From Eledone cirrhosa (Eukaryota), in the NCBI GenBank assembly GCA_964016885.1, contig OZ024759.1, positions 7,626,001 through 7,690,000 on the forward strand: a stretch of 64,000 bases of DNA, in the 5' to 3' direction. The first letter of the stretch is position 1. Each line of letters begins with the position of its first letter. A program made the position numbers and the translations under genes. Below, one piece after another: positions 31,827 through 44,938 of this stretch. Below the pieces are notes generated by a model, which ran no database searches, was not told where the DNA came from, and was given only the letters and a program-made list of their open reading frames with translations.

Positions 31827-31834
31827 TCACTTGG

Positions 31835-31899
<65 letters not shown>

Positions 31900-31966
31900 T
31901 ATTTATATATATAGTACTCCCAGTCAGTATATATATATATAGAACTCCCAGTCACTATATATACAC

Positions 31967-33821
31967 TATGGTGTTCCAGAATCCCACATTTTACACAGAA
32001 GTGTTTTTTTCTTAGCCCCCTATGCATTCTCTCCTGCCATTTTGTATGTTATCAATTTATAATGTAGTTTTGATTATTTCAGACTAATTTAAGCCTTGCC
32101 TAATAGTTTCAAATTGGCAGAATAATGGCGGAAACCAGTGGTCCTAGTTGTAGCTACTCACTCCGTTGTGATGATCGAGAAATATGGCTCCTGGGGCAAT
32201 ATGTTACATTCTTTTCACCAAACAAAGTACCAACAAAGGGGGATGTTCTAAGATATTTCTTCTACCTGAAAGATGGTCCTATGAAACATGGAAAGCATGT
32301 GAGCTTTAATGGTGCTATTGCGGATAGGCTTGTGATGGAAGTAGTTAGTCTGTGGGGGAAAAGCTGGGGTGGCGACTCAACGAAATGACAAAGTGAAACT
32401 GAAAATTATGAACATGTACAGTGAATACAGAAATTTACAAAAAAACAAAGGTTCTAAGTCAAACAAAGAAAAGGAAGCACTATTTATTTCTGAATTGGAT
32501 TCGTATTTCTACATTGCACACACTGGTGCCGAAAAGAAAATTTTGAAAGACCGTCTTCGTAATAATGAACAGAAAATGGAAGATGCTACATATTTCGAAG
32601 CCCGGCGTTGCCAGAAAAAAGTATCTCTGGGTGCTGAAGACAAGGGTTACCAGAAAAAAGTATGTCTGGGTGCTGAAGACAAGGATTACCAGAAAAAGGT
32701 ATCTTCAAAGATCAGGTTTCTGTGGCTCGTCGAGAGTCAGAGAACCATAGAAAGTGTTTGTCAGGATCTGTAGCAGCGCAACTTCCATGTAATGAACTGA
32801 GTGAGGGTGGGACTGACATAGTCGCCACAACTCTCTCCAAGAATAGTAGCAGACGTGCAGCTAAGAAGATCAGAACTGTGGGGTCTGAACACATAAAGGA
32901 ACAATTTGCTGTACCAGACTTTGTTACCTTGCATTGGGATGGCAAAATAATTCCTGGTGACCACAAGAGGCTAGGCGTGCTAGTTGCTGGAACTCCGGGC
33001 TTCAGAGAAGATAAACTCCTTGGTGTTCCCATAATTCCTGATGGCACTGGAACTACCCAAGCCAAAGCATCATTTAATCTTGTTAAAGATTGGAATGTTG
33101 ATGGGTCTGTGGTGGGCTTGGTCTTCTACACAACTGCTTCGAATTCTGGATGGAAAAATGGTGCCTGCGTGAAACTAGAAGAGATGCTCAACTAAAAGGT
33201 GTTTCATTTTGCTTGTCGGCACCATGTCATGGAGCATATCTTGTGTGCAGTGTGGCAACAACTATTCGGAGCAATGTCCAGCCCAGAGTTCAAGGAGTTC
33301 AAAAAAGATTGGGTGTCACTCACGGACAAGACTAACTTTAAAACATTGTTGACCGGAGACTCAAGCATCTGTGTTCTGAGAACATCAAGTTCCTCCAAGA
33401 TTTGCTGATATCCGACGATGGGAAAATGAGTTCTCTTCCACGGGACGATTACCGAGAATGTGCCGAGTTGATGTTGATCTTGCTTGGTATCACCCCTCCT
33501 TGTGGAATTCATTGGATGCTGCCTGGTGCACATCATAACGCTCGGTGGATGACCACAATCATCTATAGTGCAAAGATGTATGCATTTGGTGAGTGACTCA
33601 ATTACGATCAAGCTAAAATGGAAAAGTTGCACCAGATTTGTATGTTCAATGCTCTGTTCTACGTGCGATACTGGCTGACAGCAGTCAAGTGTCATGATGC
33701 ACCATCCAATGACCTTCAATCCTACGTGGAGTTGACACAGTACAGTAAGGTTGACAGAGATCTCTCGCAGGCAGCTACTACTGCTCTGAGCAGGCATCTT
33801 TGGTACCTGATGGAGGAAGCC
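31967..33821 (+). mobile_element. Decayed hAT-superfamily (hATm-like) DNA transposon, right end missing
   Basis: Transposase pieces LHWDGK, VFYTTASNSG, FACRHH, PRDDY, PGAHHNARWM, RHLWYL across frames; left end TATGGTGTTCCAG; subfamily assigned from recall. Confidence 0.75.
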
Positions 33822-34325
33822 ATTCCTAACACCAACCACATTTACAGTGTGGGGCTGGGAGGTTTTTACCGTGTTACCTACACGGCCACATTACAGCGTG
33901 GACTGTGTGTTTTTTTTTTTGTCGTGACACCTACACGACCTCATTTGTTTCGGACTGGATGTTGTGGTACCAACATAACTTCACATTTAAGGGGGTGGTG
34001 TGGATGGGGTGGGGGTAGTGCGACGGGGTGTATTTTGTTAGAGGTGCCTACTGAGTGTAGGTTTCGCTTTGTACTTAGGCAAGGCGGGTCTTCTCTATTA
34101 CTGTGTAGCGCCAAAGGTCTCGGTCCAGTGACATTGTCTTGGAGAGGTGTAAGTGTGTGAGGTCGGAATTTATCAGGCCGTCCCAGGTTTTTCTGGGTCT
34201 GCCTACTCCGTAGCTACCGTCTATCTTTATTGCCCTGCACTTTGTTATACAGCTGTCGTCTTTCATGCGCATCACGTGACCATACCAACGTAGCCTTCTC
34301 TCGAGTAAACAACATCGGATCCCTC
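33822..34325 (-). mobile_element. RTE family A 3' fragment
   Basis: MRMKDDSCITKC..GRPRKTW plus 3' UTR matching 26340-26850. Confidence 0.88.
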
Positions 34326-34400
<75 letters not shown>

Positions 34401-34402
<2 letters not shown>

Positions 34403-34726
34403 CACATGGCTTAGTGGTTAGAGCATTGGCCTTGCAATCGAAAGGTTGTGAGTTCAATTCTCAGACCAGGTGATGTGTTGTTTCCTTGAGCAAGACACTT
34501 TATTTCTATTGCTCCAGTTTACTCAGCTGTAGAAATGAGATGATAAGGACTGGGGTCCATATCGTTCTACTGCAAAGTAGTCGTGGTGGTGCCACGGCAA
34601 AAAAGCACCCAGCCCACACTGTAAATGAGGTTGGTGTTAGGAAGGGCATCCAGCTGTAGAAATCAAGCCAGAACCAGTTCCCGTCCCACCCTTGCAAGCA
34701 GGGAAAAGGGGACGTAAATGACGATG
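34401..34726 (+). mobile_element. tRNA-derived SINE with an RTE-B-derived 3' tail
   Basis: A box TGGCTTAGTGG, B box GAGTTCAATTC, CCTTGAGCAAGACACTTT core; tail matches 44095-44148. Confidence 0.9.
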
Positions 34727-35168
34727 TACTCCCAGTCACTATATACACACACACATATATATATATGTAGTCAGTATATATATACACTCATATATATATA
34801 TATATGTAGTCAGTATATATACACACTCATATATATATATATGTAGTCAGTATATACACATATATATATATATATATGTGTATATATATATATATATGTA
34901 GTCAGTATATATATACACATATATATATATATATATGTGTATATATATACTGACTACATATATATATGTGTATATACTGACTACATATATATATATATAT
35001 ATGTGTATATATATATATATATATATGTGTATATATATACTGACTACATATATATATATATATACACATATATATATATATATATATATGTGTATATACT
35101 GACTACATATATATATATATGAGTGTGTATATATACTGACTACATATATATATATATGAGTGTATATA

Positions 35169-35204
<36 letters not shown>

Positions 35205-35292
35205 GTCAGTATAAATGTATACATATATATATATATATGTAGTCAGTATATATATACACATATATATATAAATATATATGTAGTCAGTATAT

Positions 35293-35337
<45 letters not shown>

Positions 35338-35338
<1 letters not shown>

Positions 35339-35650
35339 CATCATCATCATCATCGTTTAACGTCCATCTTCCACGCTAGCATGGGTTTGGACGGGAGTTT
35401 TCCCACTTGAGGCAAGAGTGGTTGACTTGCTCGCATAGGACTGTCTGGCGGGTTTTCTACAGCTGGATGCCCTTCCTAACACCAACCACATTTACAGTGT
35501 GGGCTGGGAGGTTTTTACCGTGTTGCCTACACGGCCACATTACAGCGTGGACTGTCTGGCGGGTTTTCTACAGCGTGGACTGTCTGGCGGCCACATTACA
35601 GCATGGAGTGTGTGTTTTTTTGTCGTGACACCTACACGATCTCATTTGTT
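35338..35650 (-). mobile_element. RTE family A 3' UTR with (ATG)n tail
   Basis: catcatcatcgtttaacgtcc...cacctacacgatctc. Confidence 0.85.
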
Positions 35651-35697
35651 ATATATATCATTTTATATATATATATATATATGTAGTCAGTATATAT

Positions 35698-35996
<299 letters not shown>

Positions 35997-36074
35997 TATA
36001 TGTAGTCAGTATAAATGTACTGATAACAGAACTACAGTTTCTTGCCACTCACTCAACTGGTTTGGAATGTTTTA

Positions 36075-36357
36075 TTGTTGTTGATAGTTTAGTGGTAGTG
36101 GTAGTAGTGGTGGTGGTGATGGTAGTGGTGGTAGTAGTGGTGGTGGTAGTGGTGGTTGTGGTAGTGGTGGTGGTAATGGTGGTGGTAGTGGTGGTGGTGA
36201 TGGTTGTGATAGTAGTGGTAGTAGTGGTGGTGATGGTAGTGGTGGTAGTAGTGGTGGTGATGGTGGTGATGGTAGTGGTGGTGGTGGTGGTAGTAGTGGT
36301 GGTGGTTGTTGTAGTTGTTGTTGTAGTTGTTGTTGTTGTTGTTGTTGTTGTTGGTGA
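36075..36357. repeat. (GTG/GTA/GTT)n trinucleotide tract
   Basis: Read directly. Confidence 0.95.
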
Positions 36358-36461
36358 GGGCTGAGGTGTTGTTATTGTTTCCAGCGGTATTTCTTGCTTG
36401 ACTTTCACGTGTCTTGCCCTTCACACACACCCATGTAAACACACACACACATATATATACA

Positions 36462-36545
<84 letters not shown>

Positions 36546-36611
36546 TCACACACACATATATATATATATACTCACACACACATATATATACAATACATAC
36601 CTATTATATAT

Positions 36612-36642
<31 letters not shown>

Positions 36643-36649
36643 CATACCT

Positions 36650-38220
36650 GTAATACATATATATATACTCACACACACATATATTTACATACATATACTC
36701 ATACACATATATTTATATACACATATACATATATTTACATACATATACTCACACACATATATTTACATACATATACTCACACACACATATATTTACATAC
36801 ATATACTCACACACACATATATTTACATACATATACTCACACACATATATTTACATACATATACTCACACACACATATATTTACATACATATACTCACAC
36901 ACACATATATTTACATACATATACTCACACACACATATATTTACATACATATACTCACACACATATATTTACATACATATATACACACACACATATATTT
37001 ACATACATATATACACACATACATATATTTACATACATATACTCACACACATATATTTACATACATATACTCACACACACATATATTTACATACATATAC
37101 TCACACACATATATTTACATACATATATACACACATACATATATTTACATACATATACTCACACACATATATTTACATACATATACTCACACACACATAT
37201 ATTTACATACATATATACACACATACATACACATATACATACATATACTCACACACACATATATTTACATACACATATACTCACACACATATATTTACAT
37301 ACATATACTCACACACACATATATTTACATACATATACTCACACACACATATATTTACATACATATACTCACACACATATATTTACATACATATACTCAC
37401 ACACATATATTTACATACATATACTCACACACATATATTTACATACATATACTCACACACACATATATTTACATACATATACTCACACACATATATTTAC
37501 ATACATATACTCACATACATATATTTACATACATATACTCACACACATATATTTACATACATATACTCACACACACATATATTTACATACATATATACAC
37601 ACACACATATATTTACATACATATATACACACATACATACACATATACATACATATACTCACACACACATATATTTACATACATATACTCACACACATAT
37701 ATTTACATACATATACTCACACACATATATTTACATACATATACTCACACACATATATTTACATACATATACTCACACACATATATTTACATACATATAC
37801 TCACACACATATATTTACATACATATATACACACACATATATTTACATACATATATACACACACACATATATTTACATACATATATACACACATACATAC
37901 ACATATACATACATATACTCACACACACATATATTTACATACACATATACTCACACACATATATTTACATACATATACTCACACACATATATTTACATAC
38001 ATATACTCACACACACATATATTTACATACATATATACACACACACATATATTTACATACATATATACACACACACATATATTTACATACATATATACAC
38101 ACACACATATATTTACATACATATACTCACACACACATATATTTACATACATATACTCACACACACATATATTTACATACATATATAGACACATACATAC
38201 ACATATACATACATATATAT
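36650..38220. repeat. 28-30 bp minisatellite (CA)n TATATTTACATACATATACT
   Basis: Read directly. Confidence 0.93.
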
Positions 38221-38299
38221 TTAGGTACATACATACTTAACATGGTGAATCGAACATGTTCTTATGTAAGAAGGTTGAAGAAAAAAATTCAGATTATAA

Positions 38300-38330
<31 letters not shown>

Positions 38331-38431
38331 TGAAATAAAATGAAAACGAAATTTCATTTCTCACTCTTAGTATGGCACTTACTTAAATGTAAGTATGCAT
38401 GTATACGTACATACATATATGTATACAGACG

Positions 38432-38482
<51 letters not shown>

Positions 38483-38664
38483 TGCTACTGTACGTCTGTA
38501 TACATATATGTATGTACGTATACATGCATACTTACATATATATATATAAATATATATATATATATCTGAGATGTCAACATGAATGGACCTGTTATTTTTA
38601 TCGAAATACATTTTTTCCAATTCCACCCCACCCGTCCCCTCAATCTATCTTATTTCTCATTCTT

Positions 38665-38700
38665 TCTTCTGATGAAGGACTAGCGTCCGAAACATTAAGA
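38665..38700 (+). ncRNA. Minimal hammerhead motif without a stem III helix
   Basis: tctt CTGATGA a ggac tagc gtcc GAAAC ATT aaga; the downstream 38701-38787 recurs inverted at 56494-56578. Confidence 0.68.
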
Positions 38701-38785
38701 CTCTCTTCCTGCTATTTCAAGCGTTAACCTAATATATTCCTTCCATATACTGTACCGATTGTGTTGTTATTTCTGTTTACCTTTT

Positions 38786-38826
<41 letters not shown>

Positions 38827-38902
38827 ACGAAGGAAATGTGGTAAGGAACCAGATGGACCACAACGCACCAAAGTACTCAATACTTAGGGTAGTAGAGTGG
38901 GT

Positions 38903-39042
38903 AATAGGAACGAGTAGGACCCCGACGGCTGAGCTCAAGCTGTTTCGACGGCTAATTCTGGACTGAATTAGCTGTCGAGAATTAGCCGTCCAGAATTAGC
39001 CTTCGAAACAGCTTGAGCTCAGCCGTCGGGGTCCTACTCGTT

Positions 39043-39047
<5 letters not shown>
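38903..39047. repeat. Inverted repeat of a pLTR-like end carrying a hammerhead 3' half
   Basis: Arms of about 60 bp; right arm GAAACAGC TTGAGCTCA GCCGTC gggg; related fragments at 14258-14313 and 29503-29615. Confidence 0.8.
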
Positions 39048-39083
<36 letters not shown>

Positions 39084-39431
39084 CTATATATATATATATA
39101 GAAACACATATCATCTTCATCATCACTGTTTAACGTCCATTTTTCAACACACACACATACACATACAGAGTTGTGTTAAGAACACGACAACCTCCCTAGT
39201 GTTGGTGATTTACACGATAGACACACCCAGTACACTCTGTAAAGTGGTTGGTGATAGGAAGTGCATCCAGCCATAGAAATTTTGCCAAATAAAGGGTTGG
39301 TTGGACCCTCAATTGTGTGAAAGGCATGACAACCTCTCCTGAGTACTCGGTGGAACATACATAAACAAGACAGACATCCCTGACTTGCTTGGGAGATCAC
39401 TAGCTCTGCTCCAGTACTGACTTGGTCTATA

Positions 39432-39878
39432 TCATCATCATCATCATTCGTCGACTACTGTCGAGATGATGGATCTCACTCTCATGCCCCAGAATCCCCT
39501 GTCCCCCATCGCTGCCCCCAGGTCCTGTCTACTGATTCCCGTATCCCTAGAGATAACGTCAGGGAATGACAGCTTCCTACTCCTAGTCAGGCTGGAGTCA
39601 GGGTTCCAGAGCAAGAGAGCGGATATGGTTTCATTGCTGGCACGGTGACAGTGGCCAGCAAATTGAGCTCTCCGGGATTTTAGAAGGGCAGAGGCTCGAG
39701 GGAGTTTGCCATAGATTTTAGACAAGGTGGGATGTCGTTTCCAGGATAGGTTTTGCACTCTCATTAAGAGGCGGGTATATGTGCCATCCAATCTCCTCTC
39801 AAGTTGTGATGTTAGTGTCCAAGTTTCGGATCCATAAAGTAATATGGGCTTAATGGTTGCTTGGAATATTTCCATATA
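39432..39878 (-). mobile_element. RTE LINE family C 3' fragment
   Basis: IKPILLYGSETWTLT...FAGHCHR; (GAT)n tail. Confidence 0.85.
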
Positions 39879-39931
39879 GACCTGTCTAGCCCTTGCTAGT
39901 AGGGAAAGCGAATGTTAAAATGATGATGATG

Positions 39932-39968
<37 letters not shown>

Positions 39969-40164
39969 TATTGAAAAGATAACAAGGGCGATTGGTTACT
40001 CCTTCATTACATTTATTGGTTAGTGACGCACATTTCACCACTGATCAGCTCAAGGTTTGATCTGTATCGATCTTACCCGACTCTGTAATCTGCAGCTTGA
40101 CAGACTCCTTGAAATGCTACAGTAACCCCAAGTTACACTCCCTAGATATAAATATATATATATA

Positions 40165-40525
40165 TAATTGTTTCTACTTTAGGCACAAGGCCAGCAATTA
40201 CCCAGTGCATTACTGGTACTTTATTTTATCAAACCCGTAAGGATGAAAGGCAAAGTCAACCTCGGCGGGATTTGAACTCAGAGATATATAATAAATAAGA
40301 GAGATGATTTTATTCGTACATCTTCATTTGATTATTTAATTCCAATTGGCAGTATCGGTAGAGGGTCGGACGCCATGCTTTCCAGCATAGTTACGTCCCT
40401 TTACGATCTGAGTTCAAATCCCGCCGAGGTTGACTTTGCCTTTCATCCTTACGGGGTCGATAAAATAAAGTACCAGTAATGCACTGGGTAATTGCTGGCC
40501 TTGTGCCTAAAGTAGAAACAATTAT
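40165..40525. mobile_element. Head-to-head pair of Nin-domain-type SINEs (40165-40282 minus, 5'-truncated; 40346-40525 plus)
   Basis: GAGTTCAAATCCCGCCGAGGTTGACTTTGCCTTTCATCC...TAAAATAAGTACCAGT in both orientations. Confidence 0.82.
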
Positions 40526-40723
40526 ATATATTTCAAAGATGCAAAGGTTATTATATAATAACCTCTAGCATGTTTACATCAGATGGAGTAAGATATATTT
40601 TCCTCTCCATTGGTATGCTACTGGTTTCAAGTGGTGTTTACATTGTTGGCCAGTATCCATACGTCTGTTTACGAAAACGTCAGCAGATTATTTGATCAAC
40701 CAACTTTCATCAACTGAATAATA

Positions 40724-40991
40724 TCATCATCATCATTTTACTTCCACTTTTCCCTGCTTGCAAGGGTGGGGCGGGAACTGATTCTGGCTTGATTTCTACA
40801 GCTGGATGCCCTTCCTAACACCAACCCCATTTACAGTGAGTGCTGGGTGCTTTTTTGCCGTGGCACCTCCACAACCACTTTGCAGTGGAATGATAGGGAC
40901 CCCAGTCCTATCATCTCATTTCTACAGCTGAGTAAACTGGAGCAATGTGAAATAAAGTGTCTTGCTCAAGGAAACAACACATCACCTGGTC
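40724..40991 (-). mobile_element. 5'-truncated copy of the RTE-tailed SINE
   Basis: Matches about 34465-34726. Confidence 0.87.
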
Positions 40992-41185
40992 TATATATAT
41001 ATATATAAATATATATTGTCGTAAAAAAACAAGAGGTTATATCTATAGTAAGTTGCCTTCTCCTAGAAGAATGCCCTGACAAAGGCTAGGGGTCCTTCAC
41101 TACCAGTGGTTTAACCACGCGATCAGGTGTGTAGCCCGAATATTTCTATGTCCCCACGCATATACATACACATATACATTACAGA

Positions 41186-41713
41186 GTAGGCAGACCCTGA
41201 AAAACCTGGGACGATTTGATAAATTCCGACCTTACACACTTACACCTCTCCAAGACAATGTCATTGGACCGAGATCTTTGGTGCTACGCAGTAATACAGA
41301 AGACCCGCCTTGCCTAAGTACAAAGCAAAACCTACAGTCAGTAGGCACCTCTTAACCAAAAATACACCCCCGTCCCACTACCCCTACCCTATCCCCATCT
41401 ACACCACCCTCCCTCTGTAAAGTTATGTTGGTATCACAACATCCAGTCCTAAATAAATGAGGTCGTGTAGGTGTCACGACAAAAAAACACACAGTCCACG
41501 CTGTAATGTGGCCGTGTAGGTAACACGGTAAAAACCTCCCAGTCCACACTGTAAACGTGGTTGGTGTTAGGAAGGGCATCCAGCTGTAGAAAACCTGCCA
41601 GACAGTCCTATACAAGCGAGACGACCAATCTTGCCTTAAGTGGGACAATTCCCGTCTAAACCCATGCTAACGTGGAAGATGGACGTTAAACGTTGATGAT
41701 GATGATGATGATG
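41186..41713 (+). mobile_element. RTE family A 3' fragment
   Basis: End of ORF, 3' UTR and (GAT)n tail. Confidence 0.87.
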
Positions 41714-41950
41714 AACACTTTTCGATGGCTGTTGACTCTTATGAATTCTTCCGCCCTTTGTCAGGTTTTGTTTTTTGTCCTGCAGGGTGTCCCAAATCAC
41801 CCTCCTTACCAAGTAAACTTGGTGGCATTGCCGGTTTAGTCGCCGACGAACCGACCATGCGACATGTTGTACTGGGTTACATGTTACCAATAGCACTCAA
41901 GAGTGACCCGACATATATATATATATATACATACATACATATATATATAC

Positions 41951-41988
<38 letters not shown>

Positions 41989-42269
41989 CATAAATCATGT
42001 CCTGAGAATTATTAGATAAAATATATACAATTTCCTCTCAATTAGCATAATTAACCCTATAAAGAATCAATTAGACCAGGCTATAAGAATAAAGGCTCCT
42101 ATGAAGAAATATTTGATAAATAACCGAAAGCAGCCTCTTCACGGTTGACCACAATAGAGTATTTACCCAACATTTCAACAGCATGTAAAAACTGACCAAA
42201 TATGTCGTCAACCATACACAATTAGGTATAAATTTAAAGTTAGAGGAAATGTGCACATACCGTAATTAT

Positions 42270-42346
42270 ATCCCTACCATGGTTTCGTTCGTATTTTGAG
42301 ATATCCTATTAAGGATAAATCTCGAGTATCGAACTCATCAGGAGAC
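42270..42346 (-). ncRNA. Type I hammerhead ribozyme with canonical core
   Basis: gtctc CTGATGA gttcg[atactcgagatttatccttaataggatatctcaaaata]cgaac GAAAC CATG GTA gggat. Confidence 0.78.
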
Positions 42347-42369
42347 AAACGATATATATATATATATGT

Positions 42370-44148
42370 CATTATGAGAGACTGCTGAATGTGGAGAACG
42401 AATGGGAGAGAGAGAAATTACCCTTGGTAGATCCAACAGAGGGACCAGCTATTGAGATTGACGAATATAGGGTCCAAGAGGCGATTAGGGAAATGAAAAA
42501 TGGTAAGGCGGCCGGACCATCGGGAATAGTTGCTGAGATGCTGAAGGCATCAGAGGACGTAGGCACTAAACTGGTTGCACGCATCATCAATCAGGCTATA
42601 TATGGTGGTGTCATACCCAAAGACTGGTGCAGCAGTATTCTCATAAATTGCTACAAAGGTAAAGGGGATGCTTTGGAGAGGAGCAATTATAGGGGTATAA
42701 AACTGATAGATCAGGTTATGAAAGTGGCAGAAAGGATTTTAGCACAACTAATTAGAGAAAGGGTCAAACTAGATGAGATGCAGTTTGGTTTTGTGCCTGG
42801 GAAGAGTACAACAGATGCCCTCTTCTTGGTGAGACAAATGCAAGAGAGGTTCTTAGAGAAGAATAAGCCACTATACTTAGCCTTTGTTGACCTAGAGAAG
42901 GCCTTTGATAGGGTACCCCGATCTGTCATCTGGTGGTCCCTAAGGAAGCTAGGTGTTGAGGAATGGCTTGTGAGGACAGTGCAAACTTTGTACAGAGGTA
43001 CTCTCAGTAAAGTCAGGGTAGGAATGGAGTTTAGTGAGGAATTCCAGATACAAGTAGGAGTACATCAGGGTTCGGTCCTCAGCCCGCTCTTGTTCATTAC
43101 AGCCCTCCAAGCCATAACAGAGGAGTTTAAGACTGGCTGTCCATGGGAACTTCTCTATGCTGACGATCTGGCTCTTATAGCAGAATCAGTAGAGGAGCTA
43201 GAGAATAAATTCCGGCTATGGAAACAGCAGTTGGAAGCAAGAGGACTGAGAGTAAATCTAGCTAAGACAAAAGTGTTGATGAGTAGAAAAGAGGACAAAA
43301 CCCTGATTCCGTCAGGGAAATGGCCATGTTCGATATGCAGAAAAGGAACTGGCATAAATTCTATAAAATGCACACAATGCAGGTCCTGGGTACACAAGAG
43401 ATGTAGCGGGATAGCAGGCAAACTAACAGGTAGGGAGAAATATGTATGCAGTAGATGTACAGGGAAATTAGACAGTAGAAGTCGCACTGATAGACACATT
43501 TTTCAAATGCGAGAGGGCGCTATAGAAGTGGTGGATAGCTTCCGGTACCTAGGAGATCAGATTAGCATGGGAGGAGGGTGTTCCGAGGTCATAGTATCTA
43601 GAATAAGGACGGGTTGGAAGAAGTTTAGGGAGCTGCTTCCTCTGTTGACGAAGAAGGGTTTCTCCCTGCGTACGAAAGGCCGGTTGTATGATGCCTGTGT
43701 GAGGAGCACGATGCTGCATGGTAGTGAGACATGGGCAGCAACCGCAGAGGATATGCGACGGCTGGAGAGAAATGAGGCAAGCATGCTCCGTTGGATGTGC
43801 AGTGTAAATGTGCGTGAACGACCCAGCATAAATGTGTTGAGAGAGAAACTGTGTCTGAGAGGGATAGAATGTAGTGTACGAGAGAGGAGACTGCAGAGGT
43901 ATGGACATGTGATGCGCATGGAGGATGACCGATGGGTGAAGAAGTGCCGGGAAATGCCAGTTGAAGGAAGACGTGGTAGAGATAGACCACGAAAAACATG
44001 GGCGGAGGTGGTGAGAACAGACCTCAGATCATTGAAGCTCACGGTGGAGATGACGAGGGACCGTGACGAGTGGAGAGATGCTGTGCTGAATAAGACCCGT
44101 CCCACCCTTGCAAGCAGGGAAAAGCGGACGTAAAATGAGGATGATGAT
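42370..44148 (+). mobile_element. 5'-truncated RTE LINE, family B
   Basis: Open RT ORF, short 3' end and (GAT)n tail. Confidence 0.92.
42391..44133 (+). CDS. RTE reverse transcriptase (580 aa open), including a Cys-rich PHD-like segment
   Basis: GKAAGPSG, FVDLEKAFDRV, GVHQGSVLSPLLF, LYADD, CSIC..CTQC..WVH..C..CSRC, LHGSETW. Confidence 0.88.
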   Translation: MENEWEREKLPLVDPTEGPAIEIDEYRVQEAIREMKNGKAAGPSGIVAEMLKASEDVGTKLVARIINQAIYGGVIPKDWCSSILINCYKGKGDALERSNYRGIKLIDQVMKVAERILAQLIRERVKLDEMQFGFVPGKSTTDALFLVRQMQERFLEKNKPLYLAFVDLEKAFDRVPRSVIWWSLRKLGVEEWLVRTVQTLYRGTLSKVRVGMEFSEEFQIQVGVHQGSVLSPLLFITALQAITEEFKTGCPWELLYADDLALIAESVEELENKFRLWKQQLEARGLRVNLAKTKVLMSRKEDKTLIPSGKWPCSICRKGTGINSIKCTQCRSWVHKRCSGIAGKLTGREKYVCSRCTGKLDSRSRTDRHIFQMREGAIEVVDSFRYLGDQISMGGGCSEVIVSRIRTGWKKFRELLPLLTKKGFSLRTKGRLYDACVRSTMLHGSETWAATAEDMRRLERNEASMLRWMCSVNVRERPSINVLREKLCLRGIECSVRERRLQRYGHVMRMEDDRWVKKCREMPVEGRRGRDRPRKTWAEVVRTDLRSLKLTVEMTRDRDEWRDAVLNKTRPTLASREKRT

Positions 44149-44312
44149 ATATATACATAAAATAATTAAGTCAAATATGTAAAATTTGGCTTCGTTTATT
44201 ATAAATTATAGTATAGATATACTGCGTACTTCGTCGAGTGCTCCAATCTGCATACTGAGGTGTCGGTAAACAACCAACATATACTCAAAATTTATATATA
44301 TACATATATATA

Positions 44313-44899
44313 TGGTGGCTGCCAACTCGTTTTCGAGTACGGCCACTACTTTATATCCATGTAGGAGAACCCTTACCGATGCGCTGAACGAGTGTGACTT
44401 TTAGTCCAGCCAGCGACTTCAAAACTCTGGTACAAACACTACACTTGTGACAATTATTGACACATAGTGCTGGGCCCATGGTACCATGTGACGACAAGTG
44501 AAGAGAGATCTCCAGATATAAAGCAATGCCTGTGCCGTGAAGCTTTTATAGTGAGCAAAGGCACTGCACAAAGCCAGTCCCACTCTCTTAACCAAGATGA
44601 TATTTACCAAAAAGGAGAACAAGTCAACATCATTGGATACCATCAGGGTTGCAGGTGTTATATCAGAGTTTTCCTTCTCCTAGAATTCTGCCTTGACAAA
44701 GGTGATTTTGGATGGTCATTGACTCTTAAGAGCTCCTTTGCCCTTTGACAGGTTTTGTTTTTAGTCCTGCAGGATGTCCAAAGTCACCTTCCTCACCAAG
44801 AAACCTTGGTGGGGTTGCCAGTTTAGTTGCCAACGACCCGACCATGAGACAGGTTGTACTGGGATACATGTTAGCAGTAGCACCAACTGGTGACCTGAC
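44313..44899 (-). mobile_element. Second copy of the ~600-bp non-coding element
   Basis: Inverse of 23193-23793. Confidence 0.8.
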
Positions 44900-44938
44900 A
44901 TATATATATACTTACATACATACATACATACATATAGA

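Noticed and set aside
34401-34470. tRNA gene (also at 54373, 56170 and 15140)
   Set aside because: A and B boxes are present, but each continues into a SINE core and there is no convincing acceptor stem
36049-36408. Mucin-like poly-Thr ORF
   Set aside because: Trinucleotide tract with no splice or domain support
38387-38537. Inverted repeat around a TA tract as a MITE
   Set aside because: The arms are real but low-complexity and partly self-complementary, with no second copy in the window
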